A stretch of DNA of 64,000 bases from Lingula anatina (lineage: Eukaryota; Animalia; Brachiopoda): NCBI GenBank assembly GCA_051362555.1, contig CM120640.1, positions 50,074,788-50,138,787 of the forward strand, in the 5' to 3' direction. Both the position numbers and the translations under genes were made by a program. Positions 62,401 through 64,000 of the stretch are shown one piece after another (within the stretch, counting starts at the first letter, position 1; every line of letters starts with the position of its first letter). Below the pieces are notes generated by a model. It was not told the origin of the DNA. It did not search any database and worked only from the letters and a program-made list of their open reading frames with translations.

Positions 62401-63908
62401 TTTTTATGTACAGACACATGTGTCTGTACATATTGCCATCACCTGCGTCTGTCGTCGCCGATGGCGATGGCGATGGCGATGCCGATGCCGATGCCGGCGC
62501 CGTGCACTTTCCTTGTAAACACGATAAGTGGAGGGCAGTTTTACTTTTTGGCTTTATATTTACAGAGCTGATGAATATTCATAAAACGCAGGTCAAGTTC
62601 GAAAATCAGTATGATTGGGCCATTATTGTAGAAGTTATGCTGTTTTTTCACTTTTCAGCATATTTTTCACATTTCCTCAGATTCAATTCTTAGGCATGTT
62701 AACAGTCTCATTATTAAACTAATAAGATACATAAAAGTGTTTGTTTGACATTTCCTGCATCTTTACAACATTGTTAGTTGATTTTGTAAAAAAGATGGTA
62801 AACTTGTTATCATGTATTGTGTAATAAAGTTTCAAAAATAGAAAAAAACTCATATCATTGCAGTTTGTCAGATTCAATCATTCACTATGTTCAGAATCTC
62901 AGAATGGAAGAAATTGGACATTTAACACTGCTCTGTTGATATTTTTCCCATCTCATCAATTTTCTTAGTTGATCATATAAAAATGGCAGTAAACTGTTAA
63001 TTTTGTTTTATGTTAAAAATTGTTAAAAATGGAAAAAAAAACATTTCAGAACAGTGCTGTCTTGTTTACATTTTGGCATTTTCAAGTTGTGACTTTGAAG
63101 TTCCATGGGCCTGAAGACCTTTGCTAGTCACATTTTCTGAACATCCATGATACTAATATTTTATTATTAAAAATTGATGGTCATTATGCTGTTAAACATT
63201 ATGTAATATTGCATCAAAATTTGAAAAAAACCTATTTTGGGCACTGTTCCCATGATGACCATTTAAGAAAAAAACCATGTCAATTACTGTTCTTAAACAG
63301 TACAGTAAATATATATAGATGTGTCTGTACATATTGACATCACCTGTGTCTGTCGTCGCCGTCATCGCCGTCGCCGTGCACTTTCATTGTAAGCACGATA
63401 AGTGGAAGGCAGTTTTACTTTTGGGCTTTATATTTACAGAGCTGATGAATATTCATAAAACACAGGTCAAGTTCAAAAATCAGCATGATCGGGCCTTTAT
63501 TGTAGAAGTTATGCTTTTTTTTTTTCACTTTTCAGCATATATGCAACACTGTAAACACATTTCAAGAAAAACCGATAGGCTTGTTGTCATGAAACTCACA
63601 GGAGTAATTGATCTTACTAAAACGCAAGTCAAGCATGCAGCCTGAGTTGGAAAAGCAGTCTAATTGGCTTCTTTTTCTGGAAGTTATACATGTTCAAAGT
63701 GTGAACTTGAACTCCCATGGGCCTGAAGCCTTATGCTTGTTACACATTTTACTTACATTGGTATTACCTGTTGAGCATAATTAAAATTTGATGTTAAATT
63801 TGCAGTTTAACATAATGTACTTTTGCATCAGAATTGACATTAGCCTATTTTGTGCATAGTTATTTCCTGCTTTTTGTCTGTACATTTGACAGCTTTGCTG
63901 CCTTGTTT
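62401..63908 (+). mobile_element. Helentron-type non-autonomous element (HINE/DINE-like) with duplicated 5' module
   Basis: T-run, 5' hairpin ATGTACAGACAC-AT-GTGTCTGTACAT and a (GATGGC/GATGCC)n microsatellite. The module is repeated at ~63318-63540. The 3' end has sub-TIR GTCTGTACAT, a short palindrome GACAGC-TTT-GCTGCC and TTGTT. Confidence 0.7.
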
Positions 63909-63960
63909 AACAAGCCATCAATAATGCAATATTGGCATTTTGGTCTACAAGAGAAAGCAT

Positions 63961-64000
63961 CAGGGGCGGATTTAGGTCGTCTTCTGGGTCTTCCGGAAGA
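63961..64000. mobile_element. Start of a CAGGGGCGGAT-terminated element, truncated by the window edge; degenerate relative at ~26541-26580
   Basis: CAGGGGCGGATTTAGGTCGTCTTCTGGGTCTTCCGGAAGA vs CAGTGGCAGATGGAGGCCGTCTTCTGGGTCCCGGAAGA. Confidence 0.55.

Noticed and set aside
62406-63645. Paired 95-aa and 108-aa ORFs with similar sequence
   Set aside because: Chance ORFs from the duplicated Helentron-like module and its microsatellite.

Overview
AT-rich, intron-rich animal genomic DNA. The repeat types suggest a lophotrochozoan or mollusc-like invertebrate, but that is inference. I reconstructed eight spliced genes by hand from GT-AG sites and reading phase: a Nanchung-type TRPV channel (+, 5' end outside the window), ARL3 (-), sideroflexin SFXN2 (+), a SIMC1-like SUMO-interacting protein (-, 11.4-kb first intron), MIC60/mitofilin (-), TAF11 (+), TMEM86 lysoplasmalogenase (-) and an ANKS1-like ankyrin protein (+, runs off the 3' end). 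Six of these form three head-to-head pairs. Introns and intergenic DNA carry many non-autonomous DNA elements: PIF/Harbinger-type MITEs, Mutator-like elements with 9-bp TSDs, TTAA Kolobok-like elements and a Helentron-type element. The most notable observation is a pair of tandem-duplicated 48-nt exons in SFXN2. The intron between them holds an element that can base-pair either upstream (looping out exon A) or downstream (looping out exon B), a candidate competing-RNA-structure switch for mutually exclusive splicing. Also notable are a chain of stop-start-coupled uORFs ahead of SIMC1, apparent conserved microsynteny with human gene pairs, and a lysine-rich C-terminal extension on MIC60. Gene names rest on recalled family motifs; no searches were run.
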